Of a DNA stretch of 47,000 bases, positions 28,043-37,633 are shown piece by piece (position 1 is the stretch's first letter; each line of letters opens with the position of its first letter). Made by a program: the position numbers and the translations under genes. This stretch comes from an uncultured Lachnospiraceae bacterium (GTDB lineage Bacteria; Bacillota; Clostridia; Lachnospirales; Lachnospiraceae). The notes under the pieces were generated by a model. The model was given only the letters and a program-made list of their open reading frames with translations, was not told the origin of the DNA and ran no database searches. The stretch covers positions 1 to 47,000 of the forward strand of contig CANRMO010000001.1 in assembly GCA_947631755.1 (NCBI GenBank). Reading direction: 5' to 3'.

Positions 28043-29566
28043 ATGAGCGAAAATATTGTATTATCAATGAAAAACATCAGCAAAACTTTTCCCGGTGTAA
28101 AAGCGTTGTCTCATGTTGACTTTACACTCCGGGAGGGTGAGATCCATGCTCTCATGGGGGAAAACGGAGCAGGCAAGTCCACTCTGATCAAAGTTCTGAC
28201 CGGTGTACATGATTTTGAGGACGGGGAGATCCGAATTTCCAAAGCAGCCACTCCAATTGTCAATCATTCGCCACAGGAAGCCCAGGAAAACGGCATCAGC
28301 ACAGTGTACCAGGAAGTCAACCTCTGTCCGAACCTCACAGTGGCGGAAAATCTGTATATAGGAAGAGAACCAAAAAAACTAGGCATGATTGACTGGAAGA
28401 CGATGAACCGAAAAGCGGCCGAAGTCTTAAAAAATCTGGATATCAACGTAGCTCCGACACAAAATCTGGACGAGTGCTCTCTGGCCATCCAGCAGATGAT
28501 TGCCATCGCCAGAGCCGTGGACATGAAGTGCCGCGTTCTGATTCTCGATGAACCAACCTCATCTCTGGACGATGAAGAAGTAGAAAAATTATTTATTCTC
28601 ATGAGAAAGTTAAAGAGTGAGGGCGTCGGTATCATTTTCGTCACCCACTTCCTGGAACAAGTCTACGCCGTATGCGATCGCATCACAGTTTTGCGAAACG
28701 GCACTCTGGTGGGAGAGTACAAGATTGAGAATCTGCCGAGAGTACAGCTGGTATCTAAGATGATGGGAAAAGATTTTGATGACCTGGCGGACATCAAGAG
28801 TGAACACCAGAATAACAACACAGAGAAAAAACCACTTATAGAGGCAGAGGGGATCAGTCACCGCGGAACGATCCGGCCCTTTGACCTAACGATCAATAAA
28901 GGAGAGGTCATCGGCCTCACCGGACTGCTCGGTTCCGGGCGCTCAGAAATGGTCCGCGCCATTTATGGGGCTGACAAAGCCGACACCGGAACTCTGAAAA
29001 TAAATGGGGAAAAGACAAAAATCAATGCTCCGCTTGACGCCATGAAGGCCGGAATGGCCTATCTGCCGGAGGACAGAAAGAAAGAGGGCATCATCGCAGA
29101 CCTCTCCGTCCGCGAAAATATTATTATCGCCCTCCAGGCAAAACGGGGTATGTTCCGGCTTTTGAGCCGTGGGCAGATGGAGGAATTTGCAGATAAATAC
29201 ATCGACCTTTTGCAGATTAAGACTGCCAGCCGCGAGACACCGATCAAAAGTCTTTCCGGCGGCAATCAGCAGAAAGTCATTATAGCCAGATGGCTGCTGA
29301 CAAATCCCGACTATCTGATCCTGGATGAGCCCACCCGCGGCATTGATGTGGGGACAAAAACGGAAATACAAAAACTCGTGCTCCAGCTTGCAGATGAGGG
29401 GAAAGCTGTGACCTTTATCTCCTCAGAAATTGAAGAGATGCTCCGCACTTGCAGCCGCATGGCAGTTCTCCGGGACGGAAAAAAAGTGGGAGAGATCGAA
29501 AGTGATGACTTGTCCCAGGAATCCATCATGAAAGCAATCGCAGGAGGTGACAAAAACAATGAATGA
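28043..29566 (+). CDS. ytfR: Sugar ABC ATP-binding protein (tandem NBD), YtfR-like
   Basis: GENGAGKST, LDEPT twice, LSGGNQQKV. Confidence 0.9.
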   Translation: MSENIVLSMKNISKTFPGVKALSHVDFTLREGEIHALMGENGAGKSTLIKVLTGVHDFEDGEIRISKAATPIVNHSPQEAQENGISTVYQEVNLCPNLTVAENLYIGREPKKLGMIDWKTMNRKAAEVLKNLDINVAPTQNLDECSLAIQQMIAIARAVDMKCRVLILDEPTSSLDDEEVEKLFILMRKLKSEGVGIIFVTHFLEQVYAVCDRITVLRNGTLVGEYKIENLPRVQLVSKMMGKDFDDLADIKSEHQNNNTEKKPLIEAEGISHRGTIRPFDLTINKGEVIGLTGLLGSGRSEMVRAIYGADKADTGTLKINGEKTKINAPLDAMKAGMAYLPEDRKKEGIIADLSVRENIIIALQAKRGMFRLLSRGQMEEFADKYIDLLQIKTASRETPIKSLSGGNQQKVIIARWLLTNPDYLILDEPTRGIDVGTKTEIQKLVLQLADEGKAVTFISSEIEEMLRTCSRMAVLRDGKKVGEIESDDLSQESIMKAIAGGDKNNE

Positions 29567-30632
29567 GAAAAAAAAGGGAGGATTTAATTTCCGTAAAATC
29601 ACAGGACACCGCCTGTTTATGCCTATTGTCTGTCTGCTGGTGGTCCTGCTGATCAATCTGATACGAACGCCAGACTTTTTTAACATCTCCATCCGCAATG
29701 GCGTACTGTACGGCTATCTGATCGATGTCATCAACCGCGGTTCTGAGCTCGTGATACTGGCTGTGGGAATGACATTAGTTACAGCAGCCTCCGGGGGACA
29801 GGATATCAGCGTGGGAGCTGTGATGGCGGTAGCTGCTGCTGTCTGCTGCCAGATTCTCTCAGGGGGGCAGGTCAGCACATCCGAACTGGCGGCGCCGATC
29901 ATCCTGGCTGTTGTCGCTGGCATCCTGGTGGCGGGCCTGTGCGGTGCATTTAACGGTTTTCTTGTAGCCCGGCTGAACATCCAGCCCATGGTCGCCACAT
30001 TGATCCTATACACAGCTGGCCGAGGCATCGCCCAGCTTATTACACAGGGGCAGATCACTTATGTGCGCGTAGACTCCTACAAAATAATGGGCGGTTACAT
30101 TGGCATTATCCCGACACCCATTCTCTTTGCCATCGGCACAGTGGCCGTCGCCTATCTTGTGCTGGAAAAGACAGCGCTCGGATTGTACATTGAGAGTGTG
30201 GGCGTAAACAGCAATGCCTCTCGTCTCGTAGGGTTAAACTCGACAAAAATAAAATTTTTAGTTTACATCATCTGCGGTCTTTTGGCTGGCCTGGCCGGAG
30301 TTGTCGCCAGCAGCCGCATTTACTCCGCTGACGCTAACAACATCGGGCTGAATCTGGAAATGGACGCCATCCTGGCAGTAGCTCTCGGCGGCAACATACT
30401 GAGCGGTGGAAAATTCAGCCTCATGGGCTCCGTCATTGGTTCCTACACAATCCAGGCTCTGACCACAACCTTGTACGCCATGAGTGTATCGGCAGATCAG
30501 CTTCCCGTCTACAAGGCAATCGTGGTGATCATTATTGTAGTACTCCAGAGCCCTGTATACAAAAAGTTCATACAGAACCAGAAAGCAAAACGGCGTCTGG
30601 CCCTGCAAAATACATCAGGAGGTGAACAGTGA
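29559..30632 (+). CDS. ytfT: Sugar ABC permease, YtfT-like
   Basis: Multi-TM; DISVGAVMA, IQPMVATLIL, ADANNIGL; AGGAGGTG RBS before ATG 29559. Confidence 0.85.
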   Translation: MNEKKKGGFNFRKITGHRLFMPIVCLLVVLLINLIRTPDFFNISIRNGVLYGYLIDVINRGSELVILAVGMTLVTAASGGQDISVGAVMAVAAAVCCQILSGGQVSTSELAAPIILAVVAGILVAGLCGAFNGFLVARLNIQPMVATLILYTAGRGIAQLITQGQITYVRVDSYKIMGGYIGIIPTPILFAIGTVAVAYLVLEKTALGLYIESVGVNSNASRLVGLNSTKIKFLVYIICGLLAGLAGVVASSRIYSADANNIGLNLEMDAILAVALGGNILSGGKFSLMGSVIGSYTIQALTTTLYAMSVSADQLPVYKAIVVIIIVVLQSPVYKKFIQNQKAKRRLALQNTSGGEQ

Positions 30633-31711
30633 TGCCACAAAGCATAAAAGAAAGATTTTTCTCACAGAAAAAGTTTAACAGCAACACATTTCTCTTTATC
30701 ATAACGATCGTACTGTTTGCTGCCATGTACATCGCGGGCATGATCATTTTCGCAGATAAGGGATTTGCCAAACCACAGATGTTTCTGAACCTTTTTATTT
30801 CCAATGCGGGACTTATTGTGATTGGCTGTGGCATGACGCTAGTTATGATAACCGGCGGAATTGATATTTCCGTGGGATCTGTCACGGCCCTGGTCTGCAT
30901 GGCCAGTGCATTTACAATGGAAAACCTGAAAATGAGTCCGTTTCTCGCACTGGCTATCTCCCTCGGCATCGGCCTGTTGTTTGGCGCGCTGCAGGGCTAT
31001 CTGATTGCCTATCTGGAAATCCAGCCCTTTATCGTCACACTGGCAGGACTGTTTCTGGGGCGGGGCCTGACAGCAATGATCAGCACGGAAATGATTTCCA
31101 TAAAAAATGAATTGTTCCAGAAATGGGCCACTTACCGGATTAATCTCCCCATCGGGACTACAAACCGGCGGGGCCAGTTTAAGCCAGCCTATATATACCC
31201 CTCCGTGGTCATAGCACTGATCGTGGTGATACTGATCGCCATCATGCTGAGATATACAAAATTCGGCCGTAAACTCTTCGCCATAGGCGGAAACCAGCAG
31301 AGCGCGCTGATGATGGGCCTGAATGTCAAAAGAACAAAATTCCAGGCATACATTTTGGACGGTTTTCTGGCAGGACTTGGAGGATTTCTCTTCTGTCTGA
31401 ACAGCTGTGCCGGTTTTGTCGAGCAGGCAAAAGGACTTGAAATGGATGCCATCTCTGCGGCAGTTATCGGAGGGACTCTCCTGTCCGGCGGCGTGGGAAC
31501 CGTAGTCGGAACCACATTCGGCGTACTCACAAAAGGTACAATTACCAGCCTGATTACCACACAGGGAAGCCTATCCAGCTGGTGGGTTCGGATTGTGTTG
31601 TCCGCTCTCCTCTGCTTCTTCATCGTATTACAGGCAATTTTCGCCTCTATGAAGAAAAAAGGAAAACGAAGCGACAAAAAGAAAACAGACAGCAAGGGGA
31701 ATTTCCAATAA
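30629..31711 (+). CDS. yjfF: Sugar ABC permease, YjfF-like
   Basis: Multi-TM; GGIDISVGS, PFIVTLAG, VIGGTLLSGGVG, LSSWW. Confidence 0.85.
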   Translation: MMPQSIKERFFSQKKFNSNTFLFIITIVLFAAMYIAGMIIFADKGFAKPQMFLNLFISNAGLIVIGCGMTLVMITGGIDISVGSVTALVCMASAFTMENLKMSPFLALAISLGIGLLFGALQGYLIAYLEIQPFIVTLAGLFLGRGLTAMISTEMISIKNELFQKWATYRINLPIGTTNRRGQFKPAYIYPSVVIALIVVILIAIMLRYTKFGRKLFAIGGNQQSALMMGLNVKRTKFQAYILDGFLAGLGGFLFCLNSCAGFVEQAKGLEMDAISAAVIGGTLLSGGVGTVVGTTFGVLTKGTITSLITTQGSLSSWWVRIVLSALLCFFIVLQAIFASMKKKGKRSDKKKTDSKGNFQ

Positions 31712-31714
31712 AGC

Positions 31715-31756
31715 AAAAAGAAATGGGATCCTGTCCAATGGATTCCATTTCTTTTT
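31715..31756. terminator. Bidirectional intrinsic terminator
   Basis: AAAAAGAAATGGGATCC / GGATTCCATTTCTTTTT between convergent genes. Confidence 0.85.
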
Positions 31757-31789
31757 CCTAATATTTTTCGGCTGTTCAGTCTGTCACTC

Positions 31790-33025
31790 TCACTTTGCTT
31801 CTACTGTCTCATATGTGCAGCCATCCAGGCTGATATATCTCCCGGCAACGCGGATCCCTGTCACATTTTCTACATCGAGAACTCTGTCGAACTGATCAAA
31901 AATGCTGTTCTCTGTAACACTGCTCATGCCGCCCATTCCATTAAATTCTCCATCTTTCCGGAAAATGGATACCCCATCCAGTAAAAATAGAGTTTCATTT
32001 TTTGGAAGTCCTTCCATTATCTCATCCTCATGTTCCATGCCGCCTGTATAAAGATAGCGGCGTACCTTCATATTTCCTTTTTCATCCGTCTCAACCTCAT
32101 CATCTCCCGTCTCTTTTATGATCCCTGCATATTCGCTGAGAGACCGTCCCTCTGGTCCCTCATAGGTCAGGTTGCAGGAAAGAGGAGTTATCTCCACATC
32201 TCTCACAGTAAAATGATATTTACCTATAGACACTTCCCTGTTCAGATGGTATACCCGTTTTGCCGCACCCGCAGACATCTCCCATGACAGATTCCAATTT
32301 CCATCTTTTGCGATAACTTCCGGCTTCGGATCACACTTTTCCCTGTCCACTATAAACTCACGGATATTCATCTTTATCGTCTTTCCACTGAGTGTGTCTT
32401 TCTTATCCATATCGGACAAACTAATAAAAGATTCATAGGTAACTGTGTGGTCATCCTTTATTTTTGAGACACCGCCGCTGTAATCCAAATCGATCTCTTT
32501 CTGATCTGATTCAGATTTGAAAAAAGGGAATGTCGGCATTGGCACACCAGTATCCGATATTTCCGTAACTTCTTTATCTTTAATATGGTACTTATCCCCG
32601 TAATCCACTTCATAATAGACATATGCACAGCGCTCATCCGCCAGCGTCTGCAGCACTGTTACTTTGATGCCTTTGTCTGTGACCGAAGCAATGCCATCCT
32701 GCCGGACATCATCCTGCGGGATCTGCGCAAAGCCCTGTTCTTTTAAACTCTCCATCGCCTCTCTGTCCCCGGCTACACCGAACTCCTCTGCCACATCTCT
32801 GTTCCACAGATTTTCTGCCGCCAAAGCAATTCCCCCAGTCGCCACTACGACCGCCAAAGCTGCCGCCGCCACTCTGGGTAAATAGCGAAAACATTTTTTC
32901 TTCCTGTCCATATGATAAACCTCCCTGCTATTATCTAAAATCCTCTGATTCAGCTCCTCAGAGGGTTTCTTTCTTATATCCATATTTTTTTTCATCAATT
33001 GTTCCAATTCATATTTCATAACCAT
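31790..33025 (-). CDS. Probable anti-sigma factor (DUF4179-like), one TM plus extracellular domain
   Basis: Overlaps ECF sigma stop; short N-terminus, TM VAAAALAVVVATGGIALA, SVTDKGIKVTVLQTLAD motif. Confidence 0.8.
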   Translation of the reverse strand: MVMKYELEQLMKKNMDIRKKPSEELNQRILDNSREVYHMDRKKKCFRYLPRVAAAALAVVVATGGIALAAENLWNRDVAEEFGVAGDREAMESLKEQGFAQIPQDDVRQDGIASVTDKGIKVTVLQTLADERCAYVYYEVDYGDKYHIKDKEVTEISDTGVPMPTFPFFKSESDQKEIDLDYSGGVSKIKDDHTVTYESFISLSDMDKKDTLSGKTIKMNIREFIVDREKCDPKPEVIAKDGNWNLSWEMSAGAAKRVYHLNREVSIGKYHFTVRDVEITPLSCNLTYEGPEGRSLSEYAGIIKETGDDEVETDEKGNMKVRRYLYTGGMEHEDEIMEGLPKNETLFLLDGVSIFRKDGEFNGMGGMSSVTENSIFDQFDRVLDVENVTGIRVAGRYISLDGCTYETVEAK

Positions 33026-33554
33026 CTGCCTCCAAACTTTTTTTTAATTTCGTTCTCGCCAGATATAGTCTGCTTTTTACAGTTCCTTGAGGAATGTGCA
33101 GTGTGTCAGCGATCTCTTCAATTTTCATTTCTGCAGAGTAAAACATATAGACCACAGTCTTTAATTTCACGGGAAGGGACTCGATATGTATTGTAAGTCT
33201 GTGCTGAATCTCCCGCTGTTCCAGCTTTTCTCCGATATCCCCGCCATCTGACAGCCAGAGATCCATATATTCCTCACTGCCAATTGAGATGTTCTTTTGC
33301 TCCCTCTTCTTTTTGCGCCATTGGTTCTTCCACAGATTGACGGCAATCCCCATGAGAAAATTCCGGTTTTTCCTACAGGCATCCGCCCATCCATCCGGGC
33401 CGGAGCCGGCCGCAAGCCGCTCTCTTTTCTCCAGCGCTCTCAGAAAAGTCTCCTGATACAGATCATCAGCGTCCGCACGGTTCATGGCGAGCCGCACACA
33501 GAACCGGTACAGTTCATCTCCATAGGTCTCGATGAGCCGCTGCAAATCCCCCAC
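33009..33554 (-). CDS. ECF RNA polymerase sigma factor
   Basis: DADDLYQETFLRA (region 2), EIADTLHIPQGTVKSRLYLAR (region 4); start moved to GTG 33554 after AAAGGGGGG. Confidence 0.92.
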   Translation of the reverse strand: MGDLQRLIETYGDELYRFCVRLAMNRADADDLYQETFLRALEKRERLAAGSGPDGWADACRKNRNFLMGIAVNLWKNQWRKKKREQKNISIGSEEYMDLWLSDGGDIGEKLEQREIQHRLTIHIESLPVKLKTVVYMFYSAEMKIEEIADTLHIPQGTVKSRLYLARTKLKKSLEADGYEI

Positions 33555-33582
33555 TTCTTTTCCCCCCTTTCTCAGAAAACTA

Positions 33583-33677
33583 CGAGCGTCACGCTTCGCG
33601 AGACTGCTCGAGTTTGCGGGCGCGCTCGGATCGTCTTGTGCAAGCACAGACATATCCTCGCTTTGCCTTCGCGCAAA
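33583..33677. repeat. GC-rich double-hairpin element (REP/MITE-like) in the ECF sigma leader
   Basis: Hairpin 33583-33610 and long imperfect hairpin 33613-33677 centred on TGTGC-AA-GCACA; single copy in this window. Confidence 0.45.
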
Positions 33678-33728
33678 TAAAAAGGCCTTTCACTTATATA
33701 CTGTCTGATATAAGTGAAAGGTTCAGAA

Positions 33729-33758
33729 AAAAAGTGCCGCGGATATCCGGCACTTTTT
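33729..33758 (-). terminator. pyk terminator
   Basis: AAAAAGTGCCG / CGGCACTTTTT right after the pyk stop. Confidence 0.85.
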
Positions 33759-33763
33759 ATGTC

Positions 33764-35188
33764 TCACTCCGCACCCACAGTCTCGACTTTCAACATATTT
33801 GTTGTGCCAGATTTTCCGATGGGCACACCGGATGTAATAACAACGAGATCACCTTTTTTCAGGAGTTCATTTTCCTCTCCTGTCTTTATTGCATAAGAGA
33901 ATAGCTCAAACACATCACTCATCTCTTCCAAAAGGATCGGCATGACACCCCAGGACATATTTAGCTGTCTGCACACTCTCTTTGACGTGGCACAGCCCAG
34001 TATCATACAAGATGGGCGGTATGTCGATATCATCCGGGCCGTCCTCCCGGATTTTGTTACCGTCACAATAGCGCTGGCATTTAAGTCATATGCTGTCGTA
34101 CAGCAGGCATGGCAGACTGCATCCGTCACATCAGGGTTATCCTTGCGCCCCCGGATCACAAAACGCTTTTTATAATCGATGTCACCCTCTATCCTCTCCG
34201 CAATCCTCACCATAGTGGCCACGGACTCCACTGGAAATTTTCCCGCGGCTGTCTCCCCGGAGAGCATAATCGCACTTGTCCCGTCATAGATCGCATTGGC
34301 GACATCCGCCACCTCCGCTCTCGTGGGCCTCGGATTTTTCGTCATGGATTCCAGCATCTGAGTGGCAGTGATCACCTGTTTTCCCGCTGAATAAACCTTT
34401 TCGATCAATATCTTCTGCACAATGGGCACTTCCTCTTCCGGCAGCTCAACTCCCATATCGCCCCGCGCGATCATAATGCCGTCTGAGATCTCTATGATCT
34501 CATCAATGTTCTCCACACCCTCGCGGTTTTCAATCTTAGAGATAATATTGATGCCGTCGCCACCATTTTCATGGAGAAATTCCTTTAATTGTTTCACGTC
34601 GTCCGCGCACCGCACAAAAGACGCCGCCACAAAATCAATGTCATAATTCATCCCAAATACCAGGTCGCTCTTATCCTGGGGACTTAAGTAGGGAAGATTC
34701 AGATGATATCCCGGGACATTGACGCCCTTGCGGTTGGACAATTCGCCATCCTGCATGACCTGGCACACAATATCGTGATCTTCTATCCTCTCCACTTTCA
34801 TATCTACCATTCCGTCGTCGATCAGAATATGAGTGCCCACTTCAATCTCCTCCGCCAGTTTTGCGTAGGAGATACTGACTCCCTCTTCTGTCCCCTCTCT
34901 CTCATCGCCATAAAGAGTAAATGTCTGACCCCGCTCAAGTTTAACTTTCTTATTTTTAAATAACCCAATGCGGATTTCCGGCCCCTTTGTATCCAGCAAA
35001 AGAGCGATGGGCCTGCCAAGTTTTTCCCGGACTTCCTGGACGCTCTTCATCCGGCTGTCCATTTCCTCCCTCGTCCCATGGGAAAAATTGAGCCTGGCAA
35101 CATCCATGCCAGCTCTTGCCACCTGTTCCAGTACGCCCTCCTGGTCTGTTGCAGGACCAAGTGTACATACAATCTTTGTTTTTCTCAT
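33764..35188 (-). CDS. pyk: Pyruvate kinase
   Basis: RKTKIVCTLGPA, RLNFSHG, DTKGPEIR, ARGDMGVE, ATQMLESM, MLSGETA. Confidence 0.98.
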   Translation of the reverse strand: MRKTKIVCTLGPATDQEGVLEQVARAGMDVARLNFSHGTREEMDSRMKSVQEVREKLGRPIALLLDTKGPEIRIGLFKNKKVKLERGQTFTLYGDEREGTEEGVSISYAKLAEEIEVGTHILIDDGMVDMKVERIEDHDIVCQVMQDGELSNRKGVNVPGYHLNLPYLSPQDKSDLVFGMNYDIDFVAASFVRCADDVKQLKEFLHENGGDGINIISKIENREGVENIDEIIEISDGIMIARGDMGVELPEEEVPIVQKILIEKVYSAGKQVITATQMLESMTKNPRPTRAEVADVANAIYDGTSAIMLSGETAAGKFPVESVATMVRIAERIEGDIDYKKRFVIRGRKDNPDVTDAVCHACCTTAYDLNASAIVTVTKSGRTARMISTYRPSCMILGCATSKRVCRQLNMSWGVMPILLEEMSDVFELFSYAIKTGEENELLKKGDLVVITSGVPIGKSGTTNMLKVETVGAE

Positions 35189-35211
35189 ACCTTAACCTCC
35201 ATTTTAAACTG

Positions 35212-36651
35212 TCATCTTCTGCGGTAATCCATACTGCTCCCACTTCCCCCAACTCTTCTGGTGTTTCTTCTCGATCTCTTGTAGCGGTTCTTTCTCAGTC
35301 TCTGTTCTCTCTCCGCCCTCAGCTTCTGGATAAACCAGATGATAAAAACGACAAGTACCAGCCCTCCCAGGCCGATAAGGATTGCCTTAACCCACGGAAA
35401 TGGTTCCTTATTCGCTTCCTCCACCGCATCTTCAAACCACTCCGACATATTAATGCTGTCATTCAGCGTGGGAAGATTTTTCGCGGCATAGTAGATATTG
35501 GAACCGCCGACCTCCTTATTTTTGTACGTATACGTAATTTTCCCTATCACCTGCCTGCCATCGCTTCCCTGGCTTGGTTCCGGAAAATACTCTACTTTTT
35601 TTTCTGCCTGGTCCAGCCCCACATTTTTTGGAAGGATCACACCCGCCCCATCATCGATCGTCAGAGAACTTGTGCTCTGATTGTAATATGGACTATATCT
35701 AGTAAATAAATACTTGCTGTTAATCTCTTTTGCCGCGTCATCCTGGATATTGTGCCGGGCATAATTTTCAAATCCGTAATTCAGTATTTTCGTCGAGTCT
35801 GTATATTCATTGGCCGGATCCCAGGGAGAATCTGCCCTCATGACAACAGATACCAATGTCATATCGTTTTTCTTTGCATATGTCACAAGAGTGTAACGGC
35901 ACTTTGACGTAAATCCGGTTTTTCCGCCTACACAGTATTTGTATTCATACTGCGGATAACTTGGATTAGCGACAAACATCCCGTGGTGATTTTGAAAATA
36001 ATGTCCGTCTTTCGCCTTATTCGTCTTCTCAATATAATATTTTTTTGTCCCGGTAATTTTTGCAAAATCGGGTCTCAGATAGGCCGCCCGGGCAATCAGC
36101 GCCATATCGTGGGCTGTCGTATAATGATTTTCCATCCAGAGCCCGTTCGTATTGGCAAAATGGGTTCCTGTACACCCCAGTTCCTTTGCTTTTTTATTCA
36201 TCAGATCCACATAATTATCAATGCTCCCGGCAATGTGCTCGGCCACCCCGTTGCACACCTCATTTGCGGAGGCGAGCATGACCGCATACAGGCTGTCCTC
36301 CATGGACATTTTCTCACCAGGTTTTGTGTTAATATTTGAAGCCCCTGACTCCAGATTCGTCACAGCGCTCTCTGAGAATGTTATTGTCTCAGACATAGAA
36401 GAATTTTCAAGTGCAACGAGTGTCGTCATTATTTTTGTGATACTGGCCGGATACTCCTGTTTGTCCATGTTTTTCTGATACAGAATAGCGCCAGACTGCA
36501 CATCCATCAAAATAGCCGACTCCGCTGAGAGGCTCATCCTCTTTGCCTCGGCCTTTATCGGTCTGGGCACGATACCAAACACATTAAAAAAAACAAAAAG
36601 CAAACATAAAAAATTGACAAAGTATTTTTTCTTAGTCATAATCTTCCCCAT
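35212..36651 (-). CDS. D-alanyl-D-alanine carboxypeptidase (peptidase S11) with C-terminal membrane anchor
   Basis: PASITK, SAN, GKTG motifs; signal peptide; TM plus Arg-rich tail. Confidence 0.93.
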   Translation of the reverse strand: MGKIMTKKKYFVNFLCLLFVFFNVFGIVPRPIKAEAKRMSLSAESAILMDVQSGAILYQKNMDKQEYPASITKIMTTLVALENSSMSETITFSESAVTNLESGASNINTKPGEKMSMEDSLYAVMLASANEVCNGVAEHIAGSIDNYVDLMNKKAKELGCTGTHFANTNGLWMENHYTTAHDMALIARAAYLRPDFAKITGTKKYYIEKTNKAKDGHYFQNHHGMFVANPSYPQYEYKYCVGGKTGFTSKCRYTLVTYAKKNDMTLVSVVMRADSPWDPANEYTDSTKILNYGFENYARHNIQDDAAKEINSKYLFTRYSPYYNQSTSSLTIDDGAGVILPKNVGLDQAEKKVEYFPEPSQGSDGRQVIGKITYTYKNKEVGGSNIYYAAKNLPTLNDSINMSEWFEDAVEEANKEPFPWVKAILIGLGGLVLVVFIIWFIQKLRAEREQRLRKNRYKRSRRNTRRVGGSGSSMDYRRR

Positions 36652-36833
36652 TTCTGTATATTTTCTCCCCTTGCCCCCTTTTTACTTACTATCATACACG
36701 ATTTTGGTAAATTTTCCAATAGACTATTTTCTTTTCTTTTTTTTTGTGATACATTTATAACACACAATTTTAATGGCATTTGCTACTGGCTATGTGCCAT
36801 AATACGACAAACCACACAAAAAGGAGAATCCCT

Positions 36834-37472
36834 ATGCGCCTGCGAAATATAAAAGGTTCAAAAGAATTTATTGAGAACAGCCCCTATGTCATACAGGACC
36901 CGGAAAACTATAAGGGATCCTGGCGTTCACTTTTTCAAAATGAAAACCCTCTCCATGTAGAGATCGGCATGGGTAAAGGCCAATTTATCCACGCGCTGGC
37001 AGAACAGCATCCGGACATCAATTTTATCGGCATTGAGATGTATTCAAGCGTCCTCTACCGCGCCCTGGAACACCGGGAGAATACAGAACTCACAAATCTT
37101 TATTTTCTCCGGTTTGACGCAAAATATCTGCCGGATATATTTGCAAAAGAAGAAATCAGCCGCATTTACCTGAATTTTTCCGATCCGTGGCCGAAAGACC
37201 GGCACGCAAAACGCAGACTGACAAGCCCGGGGTTTCTCTCCCTCTATGACCTCGTACTGGATCCGAAAGGGTCTGTCCGGTTCAAGACAGACAACCGGCC
37301 GCTGTTCGACTACTCTGTTGATTCCGTGGAACATTCTGGCAAGTGGCACATTGACGAGATCACATATGACCTCCACCACAGTCCGTTTGTCACAGGCAAT
37401 ATCATGACAGAATACGAGTGCCGCTTTGTGGCAGAGGAAAAACCGATCTGCTACTTCACCATCTCCCGCTGA
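36834..37472 (+). CDS. trmB: tRNA (guanine-N7)-methyltransferase
   Basis: EIGMGKG, LNFSDPWPK.RHAKRRLT, FKTDN, MTEYE; start moved to ATG 36834 after AAGGAG. Confidence 0.97.
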   Translation: MRLRNIKGSKEFIENSPYVIQDPENYKGSWRSLFQNENPLHVEIGMGKGQFIHALAEQHPDINFIGIEMYSSVLYRALEHRENTELTNLYFLRFDAKYLPDIFAKEEISRIYLNFSDPWPKDRHAKRRLTSPGFLSLYDLVLDPKGSVRFKTDNRPLFDYSVDSVEHSGKWHIDEITYDLHHSPFVTGNIMTEYECRFVAEEKPICYFTISR

Positions 37473-37483
37473 CAGGCACACAT

Positions 37484-37521
37484 CCGGCCTCTTTTCATAT
37501 ATTTATAAAAAAGAGGTCCGG
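37484..37521. terminator. Stem-loop between convergent trmB and transporter genes
   Basis: CCGGCCTCTTTT / AAAAGAGGTCCGG inverted repeat. Confidence 0.6.
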
Positions 37522-37633
37522 GGAGATTTCCATGCTCAAAATGATCCAGAGAAAAATCGCGCGGGTACTAAACTGCTCCAAAATGTGTAAAATATTAAAC
37601 AGAATCGCTCTCTCCCTCTGCGAAATAGAAGAA

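Noticed and set aside
33555-33653. N-terminal extension of the ECF sigma factor
   Set aside because: Translates the hairpin element; RBS and family alignment favour GTG 33554.
36737-36745. T9 tract upstream of trmB as a phase-variation switch
   Set aside because: Short, in AT-rich intergenic DNA, and not between correctly spaced promoter boxes.
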